64,000 nt of DNA from contig JBAZMW010000003.1 of NCBI GenBank assembly GCA_041649575.1, forward strand, positions 122,102 to 186,101, written 5' to 3'. The stretch comes from Patescibacteria group bacterium (lineage in GTDB: Bacteria > Patescibacteriota > Patescibacteriia > 2-01-FULL-39-33). A program made the position numbers and the translations under genes. Within the stretch, counting starts at the first letter, position 1. Each line of letters begins with the position of its first letter. Under the pieces are notes generated by a model. It saw nothing but the letters and a program-made list of their open reading frames with translations, ran no database searches and was not told the origin of the DNA. This document shows positions 47,068 through 55,832 of the stretch, piece by piece.

Positions 47068-47385
47068 TTATTTTAAATTCTCGCGCCAAGCCGCGACATC
47101 GCCGGCCAGCTGTTCTTTGAAATTGGTGACCTCTTCCAAAATTATCGCCTGCAGATCAACCTTGCCGTTCAAAAACTGTCCGATTTCTTCGTCGGAGACG
47201 CCTTTGGCGGTGAGTTTGTCAAACTCCAACTGATCCGGCTCGGAGAACTCATCCATCAGACGGAAAGAAACGCGGTCGCTAACCACCTCGTTTAGTTTGG
47301 TGAGTAAAACTTGTTTTTTGGCTTCATCCAGGTTTTCCAGGCCCAAAATGTTGAAAACATTCTGATCCAAAAAGAGTAAATTCAT
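47068..47385 (-). CDS. small acidic hypothetical protein, co-operonic upstream partner of the 1948-aa gene
   Basis: 105 aa, pI clearly acidic (many D/E); 25 nt upstream of the giant gene on the same strand. Confidence 0.5.
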   Translation of the reverse strand: MNLLFLDQNVFNILGLENLDEAKKQVLLTKLNEVVSDRVSFRLMDEFSEPDQLEFDKLTAKGVSDEEIGQFLNGKVDLQAIILEEVTNFKEQLAGDVAAWRENLK

Positions 47386-47602
47386 AAATTTTATTTATTT
47401 TTTATTGTTAATTATTGAATTTTGTTTAAAATAACAGTATTCCAGCTAGAGCTTAATCTGGCTGTCTGAATATATTATACCAAACAAAGAGAATTGGTGA
47501 AAGGGTGGCAAAATAAATAATTATTAACTAATTTTATTTATACTTTTTGGCTAAAATTAGATAATATTCTTGATAAAAAAGAAGCTTTTTTCTCAACTAC
47601 TA

Positions 47603-47631
47603 TTGACAAATTATTTATGGTATGCTATAAT
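47603..47631 (+). promoter_or_regulatory. perfect sigma70-type promoter TTGACA-17-TATAAT (cassette copy 1)
   Basis: TTGACA at 47603-47608, a 17-nt spacer, TATAAT at 47626-47631; embedded in the conserved context TACTATTGACAAA...GTATGCTATAAT. Confidence 0.75.
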
Positions 47632-47716
47632 GAGTAGTTCGGTAAGTAACCGAAAGCACATCACAAAGGCAGCCCTGGTAATGACACCGGGGTTCGCAAG
47701 AGAAAAGGAGAAGACG

Positions 47717-48697
47717 ATGGGTACGGACACAGGAATAGAGGACGATGTGGTGATTATTGGTGAGGACACCGGCATCGCTGACACCGGCATCGCTGACACA
47801 AAGACGAGTCGGCCGAAGCGTAAAGTCGGAATCTGGCGGATCGTGCTGGGCCTGATCGGCCTGGCGCTCATCGCCTTCGCGGCATTGACCGCGTACGGCC
47901 TGATCGTCAAGACCGACGCGATTGACCGGCGTGTCGTCGTGCTGGAAAATCGCGTCGACGGTTTCGACGAACGCATCAAGGCCGGTGACGAGGCGGTCGA
48001 GGACATCTCCAAAGCCACCGACGATCTGTGGAGGCGAATGGCGAATGTCGAGAAACGCTTCGACAAGGATGGAGAATTCGCGAAGACCGTGGCCGCGGTT
48101 GCCAAGACCGCCGAAGACGTGACGGCGCTGCAAGCCGCGGTCGATGAAATCCCCGATGCCATGGCCGAGGCCACAGCTGGAATCGAAGGCCGGGTCAAAG
48201 CCCTCGAAGACGGCGCCGCGCAGGCACAGGAGAGGGCCAGCCGCGAGCTCCTGATGCTCAAGGTTGCCGAGATCCGCCGCGCGAATCCGGCGAGCGATGT
48301 CAGCGCCATGAGCGACGCGGACATTGGCAAGACGCTGGCTGGCAAGGGCGGCAACGATTTTCGCAAGAAGATTGAGGCCGCATACGTCAGCCTCGGAGCC
48401 AAGCCTGTCGTCACGGCACCAGCTCCGGCTCCAGCACCGGCACCAGCGCCAGCGGTAAATCTGGCTGAGGTAGAACGCCGGCTGGACGCGGCCGAGAAAG
48501 AAGTAAAACTTGTCGGGCAAGCCGCCAAAACCTTGGCGACGAATCCTGACAAGCCGAAGCACCTGGTGCGTGGCGCCAAGGCGAGGGCGCTCAAGCTGTT
48601 GGTGGATGTCCCCGACGACTTGCCACCCGCCTCCGCAAGACCGGCATCCCCGAAGAAGGACAACGTCATCCGGCCGGAGTTCGGGGACCGGCCGTAA
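47717..48697 (+). CDS. GC-rich island gene: coiled-coil protein with N-terminal TM helix and (PA)n repeat
   Basis: Start chosen at the ATG with strong RBS (AAAAGGAGAAGACG-ATG) downstream of the promoter; the track ORF starts upstream of the promoter at 47570. TM WRIVLGLIGLALIAFAALTAYGLIV; long Ala/Glu-rich helical region; PAPAPAPAPAPA run. Confidence 0.6.
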   Translation: MGTDTGIEDDVVIIGEDTGIADTGIADTKTSRPKRKVGIWRIVLGLIGLALIAFAALTAYGLIVKTDAIDRRVVVLENRVDGFDERIKAGDEAVEDISKATDDLWRRMANVEKRFDKDGEFAKTVAAVAKTAEDVTALQAAVDEIPDAMAEATAGIEGRVKALEDGAAQAQERASRELLMLKVAEIRRANPASDVSAMSDADIGKTLAGKGGNDFRKKIEAAYVSLGAKPVVTAPAPAPAPAPAPAVNLAEVERRLDAAEKEVKLVGQAAKTLATNPDKPKHLVRGAKARALKLLVDVPDDLPPASARPASPKKDNVIRPEFGDRP

Positions 48698-48730
48698 CAC
48701 GTACCTTTGATCGCGCACCTCGTGCGTTAG

Positions 48731-48780
48731 CCCCCCCAGACTCTGGCAGTTTCATAGAGTCTGGGGGGTGAATTATTTTA
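48731..48780 (+). terminator. stem-loop terminator after island coiled-coil gene
   Basis: CCCCCCAGACTCT-(loop)-AGAGTCTGGGGGG, an 11-13 bp stem, followed by a U-poor tail TGAATTATTTT. Confidence 0.55.
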
Positions 48781-49160
48781 GAGAGATTTTGCTTTTATAT
48801 ATTGACTAAACAAGACAAAACTGATAAAATTATTTTTGATATTTATGGATTACTGCCCCCGCCAGAATGACTCTGTCGGGCTGGCGCCCGACTGAACGGC
48901 GTTCAGCCGTTCGGGCGGGGCTCAGTCTTGCCCCGTAGAATACTGCTAAAGCAGTAGCGCCAGAGGCGCTATTCTACGGGGTGAAGTTAGAGCGCTCCCC
49001 CTGTCACGGAAGAGGGTCGCCGTAGGCGACGGGCAGAAGCGAGCCATGAGCAAAGCGAATGAAACGAGCGTAGATGAATGCGACCATGGGAGCATTCGGC
49101 TCTGCCAGGAAACATCGGGTGCAACCCGCGACCGTCAAACTTTTTACAAGTTAATATTTA

Positions 49161-49234
49161 TGGATTGGTAGCTCAGTTGGTTAGAGCGCTCCCCTGTCAC
49201 GGGAGAGGTCGCGGGTTCGAGTCCCGTCCAGTCC
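49161..49234 (+). tRNA. tRNA-Asp (GUC)
   Basis: Acceptor GGATTGG/CCAGTCC, D-arm GCTC-AGTTGGTTA-GAGC, anticodon arm CTCCC-CTGTCAC-GGGAG, T-arm GCGGG-TTCGAGT-CCCGT, discriminator G; CCA not encoded. It is followed by the hairpin ATCACCC-TTGC-GGTGATTTTTGTTTT. Confidence 0.85.
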
Positions 49235-49413
49235 GCTGGATAAAACAAAAATCACCCTTGCGGTGATTTTTGTTTTACTACACGAAGTGGAGAGGGGCTC
49301 GAACGGGTTGGCAGCGAGGCAAATCCGAAGGATGCAGCCGAGCGTCAAAAATTGCGAGCTGGCGCAGCAATTTTTGCCAACCCAGGACAGAGTGAGCAAA
49401 GCGAACGCCGAGA

Positions 49414-49430
49414 AGTCCCGTCCAGTCCGC
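49414..49430 (+). repeat. 17-nt direct repeat of the tRNA-Asp 3' end (AGTCCCGTCCAGTCCGC), att-like scar
   Basis: Exact copy of tRNA positions 49219-49235, about 180 bp downstream. Confidence 0.7.
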
Positions 49431-49539
49431 ATTTTTCTAGTCAGCCCCAAGTGGGCTGATTTTTGAGAATAAAAAAGAGCGGCGATCCACACGACGGTGA
49501 ATCTCCCGCTCTACAATGTCCTGATAGCCTTTCAGCGGT

Positions 49540-50268
49540 TTATCCTCTGCCACCGCCGACCAGTGCGCGTAACGCGTTGAACATGCCATCAGCCACTTGT
49601 GTCCTTCGCGTATCCATGGACTCAAGCATGGCATCGATCCTGTCGAAGCCGTCTCGACCGTACTCAAGAAGTGTTGGGCCATAGAATAGCCGCGTGAACA
49701 GTTCATTACCGACAAAACTCCATTCGGTGTAAGGCGTCTCTGAGTAACCGTCAGAGTTGTCGTGGATGTCGAAAACCCTGTTGGTGTGCGTACCGGCGAT
49801 GAGAATATCGCCACCCTCGACTTGTCCGGTTACAGTCACCAACGCCTGTTGAAGCCTCTCCATAAAATACTCCTGGTACCACTCCCTGACTTTCGTCAGG
49901 ACAATGTTTCTCGATTCCTCCGGAAGATTGGTGACAATGTGCCCGGTCTGCCTCGGACTGAGCCTGACCATCGAGTTGCTGCTCAACTTGTCCAAGAACA
50001 CGCCCAGACCGATGTTCAACCAGAGGCCATCCGTGAGGTTGAGAATGGGAGAGTTGATGATAAAGATGTGTGTCCTAGCTTGATCTGGGTCCTGGGCAAT
50101 TCGACGAATGACCTCCAGTCCGTCTTGTTGGTTGAGACAAAGGTGGGGACGAAAACAGCTTTCTTTCGCTTGCACTAGGGCAGCAATTCCCCTGTTAAGA
50201 TCCTGGTGCAACTGTGACCGGTCGTCAAAGTCAACCAGTAGGGTGTGGCTTTTCTTCTGATCCGACAT
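49540..50268 (-). CDS. GC-rich island gene: hypothetical alpha/beta protein (242 aa from ATG with GAGGAG RBS)
   Basis: Alternating beta-alpha pattern (HTLLVDFDD.., THIFIINSP.., DILIAGTHTNRVFDIHDNSDGY); no motif recognised. The track ORF uses an upstream TTG (to 50292). Confidence 0.55.
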   Translation of the reverse strand: MSDQKKSHTLLVDFDDRSQLHQDLNRGIAALVQAKESCFRPHLCLNQQDGLEVIRRIAQDPDQARTHIFIINSPILNLTDGLWLNIGLGVFLDKLSSNSMVRLSPRQTGHIVTNLPEESRNIVLTKVREWYQEYFMERLQQALVTVTGQVEGGDILIAGTHTNRVFDIHDNSDGYSETPYTEWSFVGNELFTRLFYGPTLLEYGRDGFDRIDAMLESMDTRRTQVADGMFNALRALVGGGRG

Positions 50269-50478
50269 ATTCTTCTCCTCGATGTTGACCAAAGAATGTA
50301 CGATTGTTAAAAAGGTATACTAAATTAAGTATTTTGTCAAATACTAAAACATAATAACTCATTATTACTATTGACAAGCCTAATATCTTGTGCTAAACTT
50401 ACCAGTTATCGATTTTGAGTCAGTACTTTGTGTAGAGCACGACAAACCGGTTCCGTGACATGAACAGGAGGACGACCA

Positions 50479-50856
50479 GTGAAAAACCACAATAGTTATG
50501 CCACTTACCAACCGAGCGACCAGCGGCTTCGCGAAGCCGACCACTGGGAGGTCTGGGATAAGCTACCGCCCGAGCTCAAGTTTGAGGCAGTGGCGGCTCG
50601 CGACCCCTCTCTGACCGCTCTGTGTGCCCGAGACAAGGGCGTGTACGTCTGGGTATTCCCGCACGCTGTACCTTCGGTCCAAAGTGGCATTGGACCATTC
50701 ATGGCTCTAGGGTCGCGACGCGGCAAGGATCGCATGGACTTCATCGTGACAACTCCTTCGGCGGATGACCCCATCGCGTTCGCCAAAGCCGAGAATGCGA
50801 GAAAGCTGAGGGAGCTGTCAAAGGGCGCCAAGGGTCCGAAGAACCATCAGAAATGA
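50479..50856 (+). CDS. GC-rich island gene: hypothetical 125-aa protein, GTG start with AGGAGG RBS
   Basis: Divergent from 49540..50268; preceded by TTGACA-17-TAAACT (50373-50401) in the ACTATTGACAA context. Confidence 0.5.
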   Translation: MKNHNSYATYQPSDQRLREADHWEVWDKLPPELKFEAVAARDPSLTALCARDKGVYVWVFPHAVPSVQSGIGPFMALGSRRGKDRMDFIVTTPSADDPIAFAKAENARKLRELSKGAKGPKNHQK

Positions 50857-51203
50857 GATGGGCGGTCGTCAAAGCCGCTACCGTCTCAACAACGCCGCAT
50901 CAGCTACCTGGTGCGGCCGTTTTAAATAATAATTTTGTTATACAGATACCAAAAGAGTTAATTTCCATCCACTCCAGAGTCCTCCGCCTAAGCTAAAGTT
51001 TTGGCGGACAAGTAAAACCTGCCTTGACTCGCGTCAGGCCTGGCGTCGCCGAAGGCTATGCCAAAGGCGCGTGAGGCAGGTCGTCCCGCAAGTCTCGGCA
51101 AAATAAACTCAGGACTCAATCACTTCCAAATCAATAAAATTTGCAAAAAGCGCTTTATATTTGATATAATAAAAACACGACTTAAAAAATAATTTATCTA
51201 ACT

Positions 51204-51407
51204 ATGCAAAAAATAGCTACAAGCATCTTTATCTTCGCGTCAATTGTTTTCGGCGTTATAGGAATTTTAGTAGTTTTAACAATGCCAGGACCCGGCAGAA
51301 CGAATTCGGATCTGAATGAATTATTTATTAGGCTTCTGTTCGCGACTGCCTTTATTATACTGCCTTCATTTGCATTAAGCATCGCCGGTAAGTATCTAAA
51401 AAAATAG
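51204..51407 (+). CDS. small (67 aa) two-TM membrane protein in AT-rich insert
   Basis: Two hydrophobic helices; AT-rich codon usage, unlike the surrounding island. Confidence 0.4.
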   Translation: MQKIATSIFIFASIVFGVIGILVVLTMPGPGRTNSDLNELFIRLLFATAFIILPSFALSIAGKYLKK

Positions 51408-51644
51408 ATTCCGATTTTAAACTTCCTTAGTCCAGTCTTTATATCAGATGTTCTTCTTTTTTTAATTCCATTGGAATATCAACAATACCCCCGTGCTCTT
51501 AAAAAATTTACAATCTCAAAATTAATAAAAAAATCCCCATCAATGGGGGTATTTTTATTTTCTGTCTTCTCTGGCGCCTATAATTACTGCCGCTATTACC
51601 AAAATTGTTAAAACCATAACTCCAAACAACATCATACCAAAATT

Positions 51645-52016
51645 TTACTTAATCTGTTTTTTCTTTTTAAACCAGCCGACGAGAAACAAGATGCCGATCA
51701 AAAACGCGACGCCGGAAAATTGTGCCGCCCATAATAATAAATACCACTCGAATTGATTTCTCGCTAGCGCGGCCAGATACAACGCGCCAGCTAAAATAAA
51801 AATAGTTCCCCCAACAATTTCATATTTCCAAGAGATTATCAGAATAACCAGCAGCACCAAGGCGGGAATATTGTGCATGAACAAACCGACAACCGTTCCC
51901 CAGAAACCCAGCTTCATATCGAAAATGTCCAGCGAAAACAACATCAAAAACAAAATAAACAAAATCGACAATATCCTTGGAATCCAATATATAAATCTAT
52001 TAACATTATTCCTCAT
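51645..52016 (-). CDS. hypothetical 4-TM membrane protein (123 aa) in AT-rich insert
   Basis: Four hydrophobic segments; no motif. Confidence 0.5.
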   Translation of the reverse strand: MRNNVNRFIYWIPRILSILFILFLMLFSLDIFDMKLGFWGTVVGLFMHNIPALVLLVILIISWKYEIVGGTIFILAGALYLAALARNQFEWYLLLWAAQFSGVAFLIGILFLVGWFKKKKQIK

Positions 52017-52318
52017 ATTTATTGTTTTATTTATATAATCAGTCTTTGAGTTTATTATACCACTTCCTGCCCGTCTCGCCCAATCCGGAATTTTAAAACC
52101 CGCCCCGACTCAACGAGGCTGGTGCGAGGCAGGTTGTCCCGCGGTCAGAACAGCTGCCGGTCGGCGCCAAGGCGGCTGCTTTAAAAATTTTAATTTTTTG
52201 CAAGCTGCACCAATGAATGTTAAAAATATTTCTTAAAAATAAATCAACCTTAAAATTTCTGGTAAATGAAAAAGGCCACCGCGACGTGCGATGGGCCTGT
52301 AGTCACTTCGCCACCTGT

Positions 52319-53098
52319 TTAGGCGGCTTCGTAAAGGTTCTGGTTGTAGTACTCCAACCGCAGACGGCCACGGCTGCCCTCGCCCGGTACGCCGACATAC
52401 TTGGTGACGCCGCAGTTGCGAGGCTTTTGTTCTTCGTCCAGTACGATGAACTCCTCGGCCGAGAGACGTTCGTAGTTGGCGCGCAGAGCCAGAATGTTCA
52501 AGTGATGGGTGACGGCCAAAACCCTCTTGCCGGAAAATTCCCGGACCAGGGTGTTGGCCCAATCGCGGTTACGCTGGCGCACATCAGGAACATTCTCACC
52601 CTGAGGGTAGCGATACCAGTAGCGACCCTCCAATTGATACAACGCGCGCTGTTCCGGATGAAGAGCAAAAAACACTCTCAAATCGTTGTAGACGTTGACC
52701 AGGCCGTGTTCCTGTTCCCGAATCCTTTCCTCTTCGTAGTACTTCACTCCTGCCAACTCCGGCCAACCGGCAATTAGCCCCCGCCAGGTCGCCTGCGTGC
52801 GAGCGTAGGGAGAAACGAAGACTACATCAGGCAGGTCTTCTATCTTACTAAGCGCCAGCCCCGTCTTCGTTGCCCGCGTGGCTTCGGCATCAGCTAGAGG
52901 TGCATTGGCATCGCTTACACCGAGACGATACTTCTGCCACACCGCTATAGCCAATGCCCTACACCTATCAGTTTCTGGGTTTTCGTCATACTTTCTGACG
53001 AACTGCCGATAAAGATCGTCCGCCTCCTTCATCCACTTGAGCTGGTTGTAGGCAGAAACATCGTGCCTTATGGCAATGATACAGGCTGGCCATTTCAT
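52319..53098 (-). CDS. histidine phosphatase (phosphoglycerate-mutase-like) family protein, GC-rich
   Basis: RH(G)-type motif IIAIRHDVSAYN near the N-terminus and a second His region VLAVTHHLNILAL. Start set at the internal ATG with GAAGGAGG RBS; the track begins at 53125. Confidence 0.6.
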   Translation of the reverse strand: MKWPACIIAIRHDVSAYNQLKWMKEADDLYRQFVRKYDENPETDRCRALAIAVWQKYRLGVSDANAPLADAEATRATKTGLALSKIEDLPDVVFVSPYARTQATWRGLIAGWPELAGVKYYEEERIREQEHGLVNVYNDLRVFFALHPEQRALYQLEGRYWYRYPQGENVPDVRQRNRDWANTLVREFSGKRVLAVTHHLNILALRANYERLSAEEFIVLDEEQKPRNCGVTKYVGVPGEGSRGRLRLEYYNQNLYEAA

Positions 53099-53321
53099 GG
53101 GCGTCAAGCCTCCTTCAAAAGTCACTCTCGCTGCTCTGGCAATCTGTCGTTACCGCCAGAAACCCAGAAATCCCTCTCGTCTATAAACCACATAAAGAAC
53201 GGTTCCAGTTCATCGATCGCGTCGCTCCAAACGTCCTAATATTAAACGTTCAATCTCCCTTGTGTTGGAGAATAAATTATTTTATTATATAAATTCCTTT
53301 TTGTCAACTGTCAAATTTTCT

Positions 53322-53350
53322 AAAACCCTCCCGATTAATCGGGAGGGTTT
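53322..53350. terminator. bidirectional terminator (CCCTCCCG..CGGGAGGG family)
   Basis: AAAACCCTCCCG-ATTAAT-CGGGAGGGTTT; a T-run on the minus side follows the pilin-like gene. Confidence 0.7.
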
Positions 53351-53374
53351 CAATTTTCAAACTCCGAGTTGCTT

Positions 53375-53890
53375 TTATTTTATTCCCAAAATTTCAAAAA
53401 TCATTTTCAGAATAACATAGGAGAGAAAAATAATCACCAGGCCGGCAATCGCCCAGATCATGGTGTTTTTGCCTTTAGTCACCCGGCCGGAATCGCCGCC
53501 GGAAACCATCCAGAGCAAGCCGCCGTAAATGAAAGCGATCAAAGCCAAGACTCCGGTGAACCCCAAGGCGGCGGTGATAATGTTTTTGGTGATGACTTGC
53601 ACCGCCTCAATGCCTTTTTTGCCGCCGGTAATGCCCTCCAGGGGATCTTTCAGACTCTGGGCCGAACCAGCGCTGCCGCCAGAAACACCTGTACCTTCTG
53701 GAGCGGAAACACCTGTACCTTCGGCGACACATTCCCCAACCTCAGAAAAAGGGTCGGCAAAACTACAGATTTGACCAGGGCCGCAATCGGCTTTAGTAGT
53801 ACAAGCTAAAACGATATTAGTGAGAGATAAAAATAAAAAAACAGAAAAACCAAAGAATGTTAATATCAACCAACCGCTTTTTCTTTTCAT
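53375..53890 (-). CDS. small secreted TrbC/VirB2-like (T4SS-pilin-like) protein
   Basis: Signal peptide, Cys-containing approx 60-aa segment, then a C-terminal two-helix hairpin LIAFIYGGLLWMVSGGDSGRVTKGKNTMIWAIAGLVIIFLSYVI. This shares the (Y)xG(F/L)LWM(T/V)xxG..K..SAF/LSY pattern with the N-termini of the two giant proteins. Confidence 0.65.
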   Translation of the reverse strand: MKRKSGWLILTFFGFSVFLFLSLTNIVLACTTKADCGPGQICSFADPFSEVGECVAEGTGVSAPEGTGVSGGSAGSAQSLKDPLEGITGGKKGIEAVQVITKNIITAALGFTGVLALIAFIYGGLLWMVSGGDSGRVTKGKNTMIWAIAGLVIIFLSYVILKMIFEILGIK

Positions 53891-54051
53891 AATATGTTAT
53901 TAAATGGTATATATTAATTCAATTATAGCTAATGGCAAAAATAAAGTAAATAACAATTTTAACAAAAAGAAAAACGGCCCGAGTTGCGCGATGCAACCCT
54001 GGCCGTTGTAGAACCGGTTGGAATTGGAATAGGTGGGTGATACAAGGCCGA

Positions 54052-54639
54052 CTATGAGAAGCGTATTCTCCTGATATGGACCTCTCCAATGGAGAGGCCG
54101 TGGAGAACCAGCTGACCCTCACCGTCGATCTTGATCACCTCGTCGCTGGCGATCGTCTGATAACCGCCCGCCTTCTGCTTGATCTTGAAAGGAGCGGTTA
54201 CGCGACTAAACTCCACGACGTCACCCGGGAAGATGGCCAGGCCGGAGCTGATCGGCTTACCAGGGCAGAACTTGATGTCCCTTTCCTCCACCGATCTGAT
54301 CGTCTTGGCCTTGGGCAACGAGGGCAAGCGAATGGCGCTGACTTTCGCCGCCACCTTCGCCTTGGCGTCGACCAGGTACGCGGGACGATAGATCGTCACC
54401 AGGACCAAGGCCAGGCCTAGTCCAGCAGTGACGTAGAAAGCCTTTTTCTTGCCCATGGCCTCCCAGACGATCCCGCCGATACCCAGAAAAATCATCAGGG
54501 CAATAGTCGCCTGAATCGGAATCCTCGCATGCTGGTCGTCTTCCTGTGACCAGAAGAAGACGCCCAGGATAATCCCGATAACTACGGCGAAGGCAATCAC
54601 CTTGCCAACCTTCTTAAGAAAACCCCAGGCTTCCTTCAT
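54052..54639 (-). CDS. GC-rich island operon gene 3: membrane protein (3 TM) with C-terminal beta-rich domain
   Basis: The start ATG overlaps the upstream stop (ATGA) and carries a GGAGG RBS. The track ORF extends to 54729. A compound hairpin plus T-run terminator lies downstream (about 53955-54000, minus). Confidence 0.55.
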   Translation of the reverse strand: MKEAWGFLKKVGKVIAFAVVIGIILGVFFWSQEDDQHARIPIQATIALMIFLGIGGIVWEAMGKKKAFYVTAGLGLALVLVTIYRPAYLVDAKAKVAAKVSAIRLPSLPKAKTIRSVEERDIKFCPGKPISSGLAIFPGDVVEFSRVTAPFKIKQKAGGYQTIASDEVIKIDGEGQLVLHGLSIGEVHIRRIRFS

Positions 54640-55208
54640 GGCAGCATCCTCCTTCCTAGTAGCTTCCGCAAGATTTCGACTATGCCTTGGCCAGCCAGTT
54701 CGGACTTCAGATCCTTCCAGAATGTCCAACTCCCGGCACCCGTGGCACTTCCGGCACCACCAGCACTTCCGCTGACCGTACCACGTTTGGTAGCACCGGC
54801 CAGGGTATTGTGTATAGCGTCAGCCAGCTCTTCGCGAAAGCTGAGTATCAGATACACAATGGCTACTGGCCAAGTGAAGAAGGCCGCCTTCCACCACCAC
54901 CATGACGGACAGTTATTGGCCGGTGACGGTGGCGTCTCATAGCCAAACACTTTGTCGAGCTGATGGAATATGTCTCGGCTGGCCGAGAAGAATAGCCCTT
55001 CGCCAAAGCCAACGAAGAATGCTTCCGCCGTGAAGACGATGGCGACGATAACCAGTCCGCAGGCACGGTAGTTATTGTTATACACCAGCCGCGCCGCCAG
55101 GTAGCCACAGTCGTAACTGATTCTCTCTGTCGTCATGCATGCCAGAAAGAGAAACAGCCCGACCGCTCCCGCCAAGAAGGCGAGATTGAGTATTATCCAG
55201 TTGATCAT
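54636..55208 (-). CDS. GC-rich island operon gene 2: 4-TM membrane protein with WWWW motif and Gly/Ser-rich tail
   Basis: Start ATG overlaps the stop of the upstream gene (ATGA); 190 aa. Confidence 0.55.
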   Translation of the reverse strand: MINWIILNLAFLAGAVGLFLFLACMTTERISYDCGYLAARLVYNNNYRACGLVIVAIVFTAEAFFVGFGEGLFFSASRDIFHQLDKVFGYETPPSPANNCPSWWWWKAAFFTWPVAIVYLILSFREELADAIHNTLAGATKRGTVSGSAGGAGSATGAGSWTFWKDLKSELAGQGIVEILRKLLGRRMLP

Positions 55209-55708
55209 GACCGCGTCTCCTTTCTGTTCTTCTCTGCCTTGGGCCGTATTACCCCACGACGAACCAGTTCGTATTCGCGAACTTCCCTAAATGCGCCCCA
55301 AAAACCACCCATGTAGGACTTCTTGAATCTCGGTCCCAATATCGTGACGGTCTTGGTGTTCGCCTGGCTGCCCTTGTCCCTGAAGGTGAACATTTCACGT
55401 TTACCTCTGACTTGGTGCTCGTGGTGCCCACTTCCCTTTTCATCGGTAATGATGATCTTCTTCTTCCCGTCGTGGAGCATCACGATTTCGGTGCGTGGAA
55501 TGGGTCGACCATCCTCGGTGAACTGAACGACGAATGCGGTTTGGCCGTCATCGTCCGTGTCAAAGGTCACCTCAATATCGTACTCCGCAGCCGCCGGCTT
55601 CTTCTCTTCTTTCTTGGAATCGCCTCTCGACTGGCCGCACTTCACGCACCTACCGGCCTTGAAGAAATTCACATTTCCACAGCCGCACGTCCAACTCTCG
55701 TTTGCCAT
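55205..55708 (-). CDS. GC-rich island operon gene 1: zinc-ribbon protein (CxC..CxxC) with unknown C-terminal domain
   Basis: Start at the ATG with AAAGGAGAG RBS (MANESWTCGCGNVNFFKAGRCVKCGQ..). The track ORF extends to 55807 but has poor RBS spacing. Confidence 0.55.
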   Translation of the reverse strand: MANESWTCGCGNVNFFKAGRCVKCGQSRGDSKKEEKKPAAAEYDIEVTFDTDDDGQTAFVVQFTEDGRPIPRTEIVMLHDGKKKIIITDEKGSGHHEHQVRGKREMFTFRDKGSQANTKTVTILGPRFKKSYMGGFWGAFREVREYELVRRGVIRPKAEKNRKETRS

Positions 55709-55832
55709 GGCCTTACTCTCCTTTCCTAATCCAACCGTTCTGTTAAAGAACTGGGCTGGAAACCGTTTTCCCTTGTTATACCCCTCTTCGCCTTGAAAAG
55801 GAGTCATTTCAGGGGAAAGCCGTTCCTCCAGC

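Noticed and set aside
47570-47716. ORF-track start at 47570 for the island coiled-coil gene, and an ATG overlapping the -10 box
   Set aside because: Both lie upstream of or within the consensus promoter, so they would not be on the transcript. The ATG at 47717 has a strong AAAAGGAGAAG RBS.
47611-48718. Two long minus-strand ORFs (352 and 367 aa) antisense to the island coiled-coil gene
   Set aside because: They are GC-driven shadow ORFs (Arg/Ser/Ala-rich) with no start signals and overlap each other in different frames.
49281-49320. T-arm-like motif GGGGCTCGAACGGG considered as an additional tRNA gene
   Set aside because: No acceptor, D-arm or anticodon arm can be folded around it. Interpreted as a tRNA-derived fragment, part of the att-scar cluster.
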